Part shown: positions 53,207-64,000 of the stretch, in pieces
Layout of the letters: the number at the start of each line of letters is the position of its first letter
How positions within the stretch are numbered: position 1 is the first letter of the stretch
DNA from: Sphyrna mokarran
Taxonomy: Eukaryota
Direction of reading: 5' to 3'
Assembly (NCBI GenBank): GCA_024679065.1
Contig: JAGIQG010000021.1
Location: 35,774,001 to 35,838,000 of the forward strand
Length of the DNA stretch: 64,000 nt
The notes under the pieces: generated by a model
What the model was told of the DNA's origin: nothing
The model's database searches: none
What the model saw: the letters and a program-made list of their open reading frames with translations, nothing else
Made by a program: the position numbers and the translations under genes

Positions 53207-53929
53207 CTATCAGAAATTACAATGGGACACAAAATTAGACACAGTCAATTTGGGAAAATTGATTCAAGTTTGACATAACAGAGTAATGTTCTGGCAAGAT
53301 CAACCTACAAAACTCAGCAAGGAGTTAAACTTGAAATTATGCAGAACATTAAGGCAGAAAAGTAGCTTCACAATGGTAGAATGCTTTCTCAAATGGTTTA
53401 AAATAGCATTTTTAAACATTGATTTCATTTGAGGATCACAAGAAAGTCAGAATTATAATTTTGTTTACACATATTCTGACACTGCAACCTAAATAAACAT
53501 GGTTTCTGAATCCACCAATTATATCGTTCTGTAAATAAAAAGGTAACTTTTTTAAAAATAGTAACATTCCAAAGTGACCATCCTGTAGCAGAAGGGAAGA
53601 ACACTATTCACTTTCCCTCGCTACTGAGTCTGCCATTTAAAAGTCATGGTGCATCGTAATAGACCAACAAGGTGCTTCTTATGGTCAGGTAGGTCTGAAT
53701 TGGGTTCAGGATGATATAGACCATTCCCTGTGATGACAGTCAATGTAAGTCCATCAGGAAATGCATCCACCAAGATTATCTCATGAAGTAGAATGGCACA
53801 AAGAGAAACAGGTCACATGATTCTCCACAGACTATTATTACCATTTACTTCATCTCCCTCATCAGAGATGGCCTATCACTCAGTGCCAGTATTCAGTATG
53901 GGAAGCTTTTGGTCGCTTCCAGGCAAAAA

Positions 53930-54880
53930 CAAAATTGACCACATGGACACTGTGACCTTCAATTTGCAGATGACTGCTGCATGATAGCTCGCTCTGTACA
54001 GGATATGCAAAGAATGCTTGACATCTCCTATGAGAAGCCTGGCCTATCTTTAAACAACACCAAGATGAAGGTCCTTTACCTACCCTCCCCAGACCAAATG
54101 AGTATCCCCTCCACCATCCATGTAGATGTGATAACCTGGAGTATGTGCAGCACTTTCCCAATTTCAGCAGTCACCTTTCCCAAGGGTCTACCATTGATGA
54201 GAAAGTCCTGCACCAAGTCAACTGTGTCAGCGCTGCTTCTTCAAGAAGCATCAATGTCTTGGATCACAGGGACCTTTGAAAATCAGTAAGAGTCCCTGAT
54301 TTGTAAGGCCTTTGTATTAACTACCATTCTCTATTGTAGCAAAACCCAAATCGTCTATTGACACTACATTAAGATCCTTGAGAGTGGTCTTGTGTTGAAT
54401 CCTGGGGATCAATTGGGAGGACCGCCAGACCAACGCCAGTGTTCTACATGAAGCCGAGTCTCCCAGCAAGAAAATCCTACTCCTGTGGAACCAATTCCCA
54501 ATGGATGACCCATTGCATCTGGATGCCCAGAAACTGCCTCCCTCCACAGGTTTTCTCCCAGCTCTTTACTGGTCAATGCCTTAACAGTGGTCAAAGGAAA
54601 AGGTATAAGGATCCACTCGAGTCTGTCATAAAGCAGGGAGGCATTAATGCCACTGACTGGGAAAAGGCTGTGGACTACTTGGCATGGCCTGATCTGATCC
54701 ATCTAGACACAAGCTGCTTCAAGACTCAGCCAACGAAGCAGATTAGCAATGGCAGAGAAAGGAGAGAAAAGCCAACCCAGAGCTACAAATTCCACTTTTC
54801 TGGTGCAACATGCCCCCACTGTGGAAGACCCTACAGATCCAGCTGAAGACTTATCAAGCTTGACAGACTTCATCCTCAAT
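53930..54880 (+). mobile_element. Degenerate RTE-clade LINE (RT C-terminal part and terminal zinc finger)
   Basis: DMQRMLD...GLSLNNTKMKVLY, ILGINWEDRQTNASVL, GQRKRYKDPL...INATDWEK, TCPHCGR. Confidence 0.75.
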
Positions 54881-55354
54881 TTTGAGGGGCTGCTGTTAAC
54901 CTAAGATTTATGATATTTCAGCCATGATGTTACACTTATCCAGAGAATTGGGGGTGAATTTCAACAACCATCATCTCTACCCACACTGACCTTCCCCTTT
55001 AAAAATTCTGTATTTCCCTCGTAGACCATGTTCTTTAAAAACAGGTGGTTTGCATATAATGAATAACCGCAGCTCAAACCTATAAAAGGAGATGAGACCA
55101 ACTGCAGGATACCATGGTGTGTAAAATATGGAAGTGAAAATTCCTGAAATATTGCATCTCAGCCATTGCAAAGTATTATTTTAGCTGGAACTGAAAGTGG
55201 AGCAAAAGTGAATCACTGTAACAGACAATTCTCGTGAAACAGACTGAGTGATCTGAGTGATGCTGTATTAAACACACGTCTGATATCAACTTAATGTGTA
55301 CCAGGCTGGAGCTGCTTTTATACTATGACAAGACCCATTCTCCCTTAAGTCTTA

Positions 55355-56312
55355 GGACGATATAGACAGGTTGGCCAGATGGGCAGATAAAACTTAACCC
55401 TGAAAAGTGCGAGGTAGTGCATTTTGGAAGGATTAACAAGGTAAAAGAATACTCAATGAATGGCAGGACATAAGGAAGCTCAGAAGAATAGAGGGATCTA
55501 AGGCTGCTTGTTCACAGGTCGCTGAAGGTGGCAGGGTTAGTTAATAGGGTAGTTAAAGAAGCATATAGGACACTGATCATCATCAGTCATGGCACAGATT
55601 ATAAGCCATGACTCAGAGATGCCGGTGTTGGACTGGGATAAGCACAGTAAGAAGTCTCACAACACCAGCTTAAAGTCCAATAGATTTATTTGGTAGCTTT
55701 TGGAGTGTCACTCCAAAAGCTTGTGCTACCATATTAGCCTGCTGGACTTTACACAGAGTATAAGAACAAAGAGGTTAAGTTGGAGATGTGAAAACATTGG
55801 TTAGGCCACATCTGGAATACTGTGTACTGCTCCGTTTGCCTTGGTATAGCAAGACTGCAGCACAGATTCACCAAGATGCTGTCTGGGATGGAGAATTTGA
55901 AATATCAGGAGAGGCTGGATAGACTCTTTAGAAAAGTTTTCTTTAGAAAAAACGCTGAGGGGAGACTTGATTGAGTCATATAAGTTTATGAGGGGTATGG
56001 ACAGGGTGGATAGGAAACAACTGTTCCTCTTAGTTGAAGGGTCAATAGCAAGGGGCAGAAGATTTAGAGGAGATTTGAGGAAAAGACTTTCCATCCAGGG
56101 GGTAGTGGGAGGCTGGAATGCACTGCCTGGGAGGATAGCAGAAGCTGAAAACCTCAAACCTTTAAAAAGTAAGTGGATGAGCTCTTGAAATATCATACTA
56201 TTCAAGACTATGGGCCATAAGCTGAAAAATGAGGTTAGCGTAGATTTAGTGTGGTCTTGTTGGTGCAGACTCGATGATCCAAAAGGCCTCTCTTCTACTG
56301 TATGATTCTATG
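55355..56312 (+). mobile_element. CR1 LINE 3' portion interrupted by a Penelope fold-back
   Basis: NPEKCEVVHFGR...VRPHLEYC...LIESYKFMRGMDRVDR...WNALP and tail ...tgattctatga. Confidence 0.88.
55606..55751. mobile_element. Penelope pLTR-derived fold-back insertion with 13-nt target duplication
   Basis: An antisense Penelope end switches to sense at the palindrome AGCTTTTGGAGTG-T-CACTCCAAAAGCT; flanked by CACAGATTATAAG / CACAGAGTATAAG. Confidence 0.75.
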
Positions 56313-56710
56313 ATGTCTCATGAAGTCAACCATAACTTGAAAGTAAACTCGCTGCAATTTGCAAAGCCTGAGCAAGGCTTAAGCAATGGGATTCAGCTCA
56401 AATGTAGGCTTCCTTATTATGAATTGTTTCTAAGATGTTGCACATGGATGATGGGCCAAATGGTCGCCTTCTGTGCTGTTCTATTATGAATAATTTTTAT
56501 TTCCTGACATCATTACTTCGATGAGCATAATAAAAAAAATCCACCAGAAACAACTCTGCAAAAAAGTGCAAGCAAACTAAATTGGAACACTCTTAACTCA
56601 AGCTCATTATGGCGTGACTGGGATGATTTATAAGATGCATCCTACGCTAGCAACACCGTGTATTTTCTTTGAAAGAATCTTGAAGGACAGATTGAAGATA
56701 CATTTGAAGT

Positions 56711-57007
56711 AAAGTTTATTTATTAGTCACAAATAGGCTTATATAACACTGCAACGAAGTTACCTTGAAAATTTCCTAGTCGCCCCACTCTGGCGCCTGT
56801 TTGGGTACATTGAGGGAGAATTTAGCATGGCCAATTCATCTAAAGTGCAGCGCTTTGGACTATGGGAGGAAACTGGAGCATCCAGGGGAAGCATACGCAG
56901 TCACGGGGAGAACATGCAAACTCCATACAGGCAATGACTCAAGCCGGGAATCAAACTCTGGTCCCTGGTGCTGTGAAGTAGCAGTGCTAACCACTGTGCC
57001 ACCGCCC
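56711..57007 (-). mobile_element. V-SINE type B, full length
   Basis: Reverse complement gggcggtggcacagtggttagcactgct..., V-domain, type B tail. Confidence 0.9.
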
Positions 57008-59949
57008 TTGCATTTCAGGCAAAGCTAACTGGATCATGTGTAACGGATAGTCAATTGTTTTAGATTATCTCACATAACACTTAATATTAGTTTTAATTGA
57101 AATTACACGTATTGCCAATGCATTTTAAGATTCACTATGTATATTCAAGTTGTTAATGATCAGAAATTGCTTTCTAAATGAAGGTTTCTTGGATGCATCT
57201 TAAGGAAGAGGGAACATGCAGAAGGATTCGAACTATCCAAAGGACATATATATATAATGGTTAAAATGTGCTGGAGGCGGCTGGTTTTGTTACTTCAAAG
57301 CTGAAGGAAAATCCCCCACAAAAAGGCACTCACTCTGACAGCTGACCTAGTGCAAAGCACAAAATTGACTTAAGAGCTGTATGCAATGTATTTCGTTGTA
57401 ATTGACCCAGAAAATTGCACAATCACTGATTGGGCTGCAGCTACACTACTGACTCCAGGTGCAAGTCTGCAGAGCACTTTGTTTTAGACACTGCTGCAAG
57501 CCACACCTCTGAGCTGCTCTGTTAAAGTCAGACAGTTAATGAATCAAAGTACTTTGAGCACACATTGTTTTGGGTACAGCTAAAACAGAACGCTGTTTCT
57601 TTGAAGCCTCATTCAATGACAAGGACTTTGAAGGTATCCTTGTGAGTCTGCGATGCTTCATGTCAGTGCTACCAGAAGTTAATGTATTGTCTCTTTCCCT
57701 AAAACCTCAGTGTATTTTAGTCTCATTCATCTGTACATCTGAGCGTTCGTTTCCACAAATACCCAGATGTTGGCTGAGGGGGTGTGGTGAAGAGTTGTCC
57801 TTAAGTCAGAGACAACTAAGTAAAAAATTAACAAGACAGCTGAAAACTGATGTTTCTTTGACAGTAAAAAGAGAACATAAAAGGAATTTTATCCAAACAA
57901 ATCAGGCAGGAAGTTCTTATCTTCAGTAATTACATAAGAGCAAAAGTTTTGCAAGACAAAGGTCAGTATAACAGTCTTGTACAATTTTAAATACAATAAA
58001 ATGCACCATCGACATTCCATGGAAAGCCACTTAAAAGCAAAATATAAATGGCAAGGTTGGGGGCGGGGGGAGTGGGGTAGGTGCGTTGGTGGTGGTCTAC
58101 TCAGCTAAAATAGCTTTTTTCACCTAGTTTACAGTAAATGGCCATTGACATGCAAGTCTTTCAGCATTACGACTAGATGGAAATGTAGTTCTTTCACAGA
58201 CTCTTTTTTCTACCTAGACTAACACAAAGATTCTTAGTTAAATACAAAAAATTCAACATCTCTAGAGTCAAAGAAATGTAACAGCTGTTTCAAGGTGAGA
58301 AAATCTATTTAAGTGGGGTTATTTCAGCATAAATTGACATAATCAGATGATCATACTGTAATTATGGAGAATAACATGGTTTAAATGTTTAAATTATTTC
58401 TGTGATATACTTATAATTTATTTACATAAATCGTTGAATAATTGAACAGGAAGGTTCTCTTGAAATTATGGTATATTAACATCAGGAACTATGTGATAAT
58501 GGAAACATTACATTGGGATTATTTGCTGTTCATTATTCAGATAACTTTGCACTTGTCCTAACATGATGCACTGTTGCAAGTCAATATGCTTGTGTACTTA
58601 ATGTTGACAAACTCAGCGTAGCTGCTGTAATTATTAACCACTCTTCTCCATCTATTTAAATCAGCAACAGTGGAACAAAAGATGTCTCTGTGGAGTGTCT
58701 CAACAAAGAGGCAATGCTTAGACCATGACCTTTAATCAAGGCCAACAGGGCTAGAAGATGCTGAATTCACAGCACTACTTTTTTTTTAACAACTCTGATC
58801 ACGTGAAATATTTCTGATTTGAATAGTTTCATTTCCACCAAATGTATCAGAAGGTGGATAAAATTGAATTTGATTTGGTCAGCTTCAAAATCATGCAGCT
58901 GTGTTGCATAGCAGAACTTTGTTAATCTAAATTGAGGCTGTGGGGTGGGGGTGGGGATGGGGAGCAGGTGCAAAAGCGTAAGGAAGATCAAAGACAAACG
59001 AGGTGGTGGAGAAAATGACAGGTCAACACTTAATGCAATAGAGAACTAATATGTGGTCCTATAAAGTGGGAGAATGCAAGTTTCATTCCCTCTCCCTAAC
59101 TTTTGACTTGTGGAGCTGCTTGTTCTTAACATTAGAATAGTAATAGTGGCTTGGGAGTCAACTGCATGTCCGTACATTTCATGACATGCATTTTCCCTCG
59201 TTAAAAACTCAATACAAATCAAAGGACTTGGTTTTGAACAAAAATTATAGTACTTGCAGAATTCTGAAAATAGAGCTCATGCAATCTATAGAAAGAATCA
59301 ACTCTACTTAAAATAAAAGTTACAAACCCCATTAAACTAATGATCAGAACCTGTGAAGTACCTTGTAAGATCTATGTTGATGGTGCGTCACATATGCAAG
59401 TTACTTTGTGACACAAAACTCCATTATGTTCTTCACGTGAAATCAATACAAATGATCTACCAGTTGTTTGGCAAACAATTTGAAAGAAGTGTTGCCTTCA
59501 AAATGATCTTTACTTTCATTAAAAAAAACTATTTCCACATGTATGAAAAGCTCTCAGTACATTTTTAACTCCTTGCAAAGGAGCTATAAACTGTGTCTCA
59601 ATTTAAGAGCAAGAAAGAAAGCAATTTGCAAAGCCTGATATCAGAAGCATTATCAGAGACAGTCTCAAGATAGAAACACAATAGGGACATAGTTGTTTTC
59701 AGGTCTATTTCTCTTTAATCTAATAAAATATTTCACGTTAGGCTTTTATCAGTTTACTCAGGAAACTGGTGGTAAGTCTTTACAGATAATTTTTAGTTGA
59801 TCAATATTCATATTTTGTGTTCAAATACATTTATTAGTTCCTTTAGCACTGTCTGACTTGCTTCTTTCACCTAAAGTTCCAATAGTCCGTAAACTTGTAT
59901 AGTTTAGAGTGCATGCCCATTTCTAATATTTCTGCCTATAGAATTCCTA

Positions 59950-60332
59950 CATTAGGTGGCACTCATTCAGATCAGCAGATTATGGGTTCAGCCCACGGCA
60001 GACATACATATATTGGTTGATATTTCAATGCATTTTTCAGGGAGTGCTGTACTGTCAGAGGCGCTGTCTTTCAACTGAGTCAAAATATTAAACTAAGGTT
60101 GTCTGTTTTCTCAGGTGAACAGAAAAGAGCCCATGGCTTTCTCCTGGTGTTCTGGCCAATGTTTATCTCTCAAGCATCACTGCCACAATACAGATTATCT
60201 GGTCATTTATCTCATTGTTGAACTTTGTTCTGTGCAAATTGTTTACAATTCACATATGCTTGCATTCAAAAATACTTTATTTCTGGTGATGCACAGTTAC
60301 AAGACCCAACATTGTCAAAGATGTTATATAAT
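59950..60332 (+). mobile_element. Deu-domain SINE
   Basis: agggagtgctgtactgtcagaggcgctgtctttc...ctcaggtgaac...ctggccaatgtttatc...cagattatctggtcatttatctcattg. Confidence 0.78.
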
Positions 60333-61299
60333 AACACCACTTATGGGTGAAAATGAGCCATTTTATCTCGGAGACAAGATAAACTTGTACTATCGCGATC
60401 GTACTAAACAATTAACAAGGCTCCTGCTGAATGGATGGCAAGTTGTTCGAAGTTACACAATGCATAAAATCTAAAAGAAAAATGCAAACAAACATTCCCC
60501 AACATTGTCTGTTGAAACTCCATGGTTAGGTCACCAGTTGAATCATAAACATGCTAAACCTTGAAGAACATTAAAAGTCCTTTTGACTTTGTAACCATGA
60601 TGGCTGTACATACATTGCTTTCAATTATATCATGCACAGATGATGATGTTCTGATTGAGCCATGCACTACAGCACAGCTGAAAACGTTATAATACATTAG
60701 TAGATGCTTAATCAAATCAATGATCTGATTGTCAAGACAGAGGCTATTAATCTATAGTAAAAGCTGACTTTTGCTTCAGAAACCCTTTGTTTGCAATGTT
60801 ATTCATGTTAGAGACAACCTGGTGCCATTAGTGGTAAACGTACAGCACTTAAGACTACATTATGTGGGCAATGGAAGAGGAGTAAAGTATTTGTAAGCAA
60901 TTTCTTTTAATATGTTCCAATCTTTGGATAAACATATCATTACTTCTGCAATCAAATCTACTGTCTAATCTCTTATTTAGATCAATCGGCATTGACAAAT
61001 GGTGTTGCTTCTACCTACCACATTGTTTTGTTTCTCTGCTTCAAGCAATGCATTTGTTTATTGTGAACTTTGAAATGAGGAATACAAAATCCAAAGAAAC
61101 TAAATAAAAGCTCATGATGCACAAAATCTCTACATTCTTCTTCAGTAAATTATATTAGAAAACTCAACTACAGGAAGACATTTTTACATCATATTTGAAT
61201 AATAAGCATGAAATATCACATCTGTTTTTGGCTTTCAGTTGCCTAACTTGTCTTTGCCATGTTTCCATTACAAACACTGTCAGTGGAAAGTGCAGACCA

Positions 61300-61670
61300 A
61301 TTTCAGTCCAATTTATGGGATGAAGGATTATGTAATGAAGAATGGTTAACAGATTAGACCTATACCCACTGGAGATTAGAAGAATAAGACATGATCTTTT
61401 TGAAACATATAAGATCCTGAGGACACTTGGCAAAATGGACACTGGGAAGATATTTCTCTTGCGACACAGCTTGAGAATAAGTGGTCTTTCTTTTAAGATG
61501 GAGATGAGAAGTTTCTTTCTCTTAGTCGTTACTGCGGTATTCTGTTCTCCAGAGAACAGTCAAGTTGTGTCATTGAATTAGGTAGAGTTCTGATAGGCAC
61601 TGAAAAGTTATGAGCGCAGAAAGGAAAGTGGAATTCAGACCACATGATCATCTTATTCCTGCTCCTAAGC
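61300..61670 (+). mobile_element. CR1 LINE 3' fragment
   Basis: RLDLYPLEIRRIRHDLFETYKILR remnant. Confidence 0.78.
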
Positions 61671-62601
61671 CCTTTGTTCCATGCGATGAGTTCACTGCAG
61701 TCTATTAGGCCCATTTTTTTTAAAAATAATTTTTTAAAATGTATTTTATTTTTCTTTGACACCCTTCTACTTCCAATCTTTTCACTGATAGTCTATTCTA
61801 TAAATTCACCATTAAGATTTGTCACATAGTTTTTGTCAAGTCATCTGTTCACCTTGTCCAACATTTGCCTTCAAGCCCCTGCTTAAAGTTTGGTATGTAA
61901 ACCTTTAAGTTTATCTGATCCATCAAAACCTTAAAATTTTGAAAACTTTGCTAAAACCCTTCAAAGAGGATTCTTGAGAAAACATGTCCAAATTTTGATT
62001 TCAGCTGAGTTGTCTAACTTTCAAGGCTCACAACTTTCAGAAAACCTGCATTGTGGCATGGAAACCAACGCATTACATAGAACTCCAGGTTAGGTGGAGC
62101 CAATCCTCTGGCATTTCTTGCAGCTTCTAACTGGTCATCATAACAAGTCCACTTGGGGGACATGAATGATTCCACTTCCATAACTGTCTAAAAACACAGT
62201 TTGAACCTTGATGTTTCAGTGCTCCAAATCTATTATCTTTTTATTTCCAATTTTTAACATTCTTTTTGCTTCCTTGGGTTTTCCTGTCAGTTCCATCTCT
62301 GTTTTGGGAAAGCAGGCTGTGATTTCCTGTGACACAGTCATCTTTTAGACTATCTGGCATCTTTAGATCACTTGACATGTCAATCTTACTGCTTCCCTGC
62401 CCACTTATTTTTACATGTTGGTCATTTATGCTTAATACAGGCTTTTCACCAAGTTTATTTCCAGAATTTAAAAAAAATGTTGCCATGAACCATTAAATAT
62501 GTTAATTAGGTGTTTGGTGATAGTTTATTGGCTATATGACTGACATTTTACAGAAATGCAATTCATGATTGGTACAGCTCAAAATGTTATCTTCTTACAT
62601 A

Positions 62602-63182
62602 GATGGGCACATGAACAGAATGGGAACGGAGGGGTATAGAAAACTGATTTAAAATAGGGATCATGAGCCTTGGGAGTCCCTGGGAAGTATGTAAATAGAT
62701 GATGATATTGATGTACTTGTTTTTATCCTACAGGTGCTTTGGTCCACCTTGTTGTCTAACGAGGGGCATACACGCGATGGGTCGTGAGAGGACTGCTCTT
62801 GGACCTTTTTCGAGAGTATCCTACTGCTTCACATCGTTAGTGTATGCTTGACCTGGACCATCTGATGGGCAACACGACAGCGCAGTGACTATAGCTGTGC
62901 TGTGCAGATACATGGATTTGGGCCTGTGTCTGTGGGAGTTTGCGCATTCTCCCGTTGCTTGCGTGGGTTTTCTCCGGGAGCTCCGGTTTCCTCTCACATC
63001 CCAAAGATGTGCTCTTAGGCTAATTGGCAAAACAAATTCTCCCTAAATTGTCTCAAATTTGGTTTTTAATCCATAGATCTATAAACATGGACAGGGATCG
63101 CGTGTAGAAGTGGGAACATCGAGGTGGCGGCGCGGGCTTGTTGGGCCGAAGGGCCTGTTTCCCATGCTGTTTTGTTCTTTGT
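62602..63182 (+). mobile_element. Composite CR1/V-SINE element (copy 2, more 5'-truncated)
   Basis: Colinear with and highly similar to 51472-52043, with unrelated flanks. Confidence 0.88.
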
Positions 63183-64000
63183 ATTTACAACTGGATTCCA
63201 AGACAACAACATTCAAATGCAAAAATAAGAGCATTTTTCTTCTACTTTCTAATGTCTCAAGTTCCACAAATGGAATCCAGTAAGTGGGATAAAGTCTTCT
63301 GGAATAAATTAGGGGCTACTGATTAAGTTTCTGGGATCATCAGTATGAAATGAGATATATTCTGGCACTATGATAGACAGGTTATCTAATAAACAATGAC
63401 TACAATGCTACATGACATCTCTTTAATCAACAATCATAATTGTTGGAACCATTACAAAACAATACATCCATATTCAGAATAGGCTTTTGTTGTAATGTCT
63501 GCAATATTTTATGATTTTAATTAATCTCTAATGTTGCTGAGTGGTGTCATATGTTTCATATGATCCAAAGAGTAGTCATTTAATTAAAAAAAACCTTTTT
63601 TTTTGAATATTTTGGTTCCAAGTGGGTGTTAATCCTTCATCTGATTAAATTTATCCCCTCTACTTTACACCTCCCCCCACCCCTGTTTCTATTCCATCCA
63701 CTCCCAATGGGTACTGCAGCTAAGAATATTCTAACAATGACAGACATGAAAAGAGCCCCTGATCTACCAGCCAATGTCACATAACTATGATATCTCATGC
63801 ATCACAATGGGCACACTTCCTAACCCATTTAAAACTCCACGACCTGAGTGTCAACAAAAAAGGCCAAAAAACACAATTTATGAGGTTAAAAAGTACTTGG
63901 AAATTCAACTCTGAACAGTTCCACCTTGTCCTCTTCTGTGGTAATCAAAACTGGTCAAGGTCAGCAGCCTTGTCCTGAAATTCCTTGCAATACTTACCTT

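Noticed and set aside
61840-62490. 81-aa ATG ORF (MATFFLNSG...) and downstream sequence, possibly a transposon remnant or a cox10 exon
   Set aside because: Does not match COX10 exon 4, and I could not confirm any transposase or gag motif.

Overview
Vertebrate genomic DNA, almost certainly from a shark or other elasmobranch (inferred from HE1-like V-SINEs, Deu-domain SINEs, abundant CR1 and shark-type Penelope repeats). Two genes are partly captured, both on the minus strand. The first is the last three coding exons of cox10 (heme O synthase) at 53206-53136, 36838-36606 and 31571-31147, with matching splice phases. About 19.6 kb beyond the cox10 stop is the promoter and first coding exon of a heparan sulfate 3-O-sulfotransferase 3 gene (ATG 11518, donor after 10983), most likely hs3st3b1 given the COX10-HS3ST3B1 synteny of human 17p12. 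The rest is intron or intergenic DNA with nested retroelements. The most notable observations are: (1) a CR1 LINE whose 3' end is a captured whole V-SINE, present as two independent copies; (2) a chain of stop-start-overlapping uORFs ahead of the hs3st3 start codon; (3) a near-perfect 155-bp locally templated inverted insertion that splits an old SINE; (4) Penelope remnants with a decayed hammerhead ribozyme and a fold-back; (5) a SINE that supplies the first canonical poly(A) signal after the cox10 stop; (6) a ~17-kb CpG-retaining domain, with kB and ISRE motifs in and next to it. Repeat family names come from recalled consensus motifs, not database searches, and repeat boundaries are approximate.
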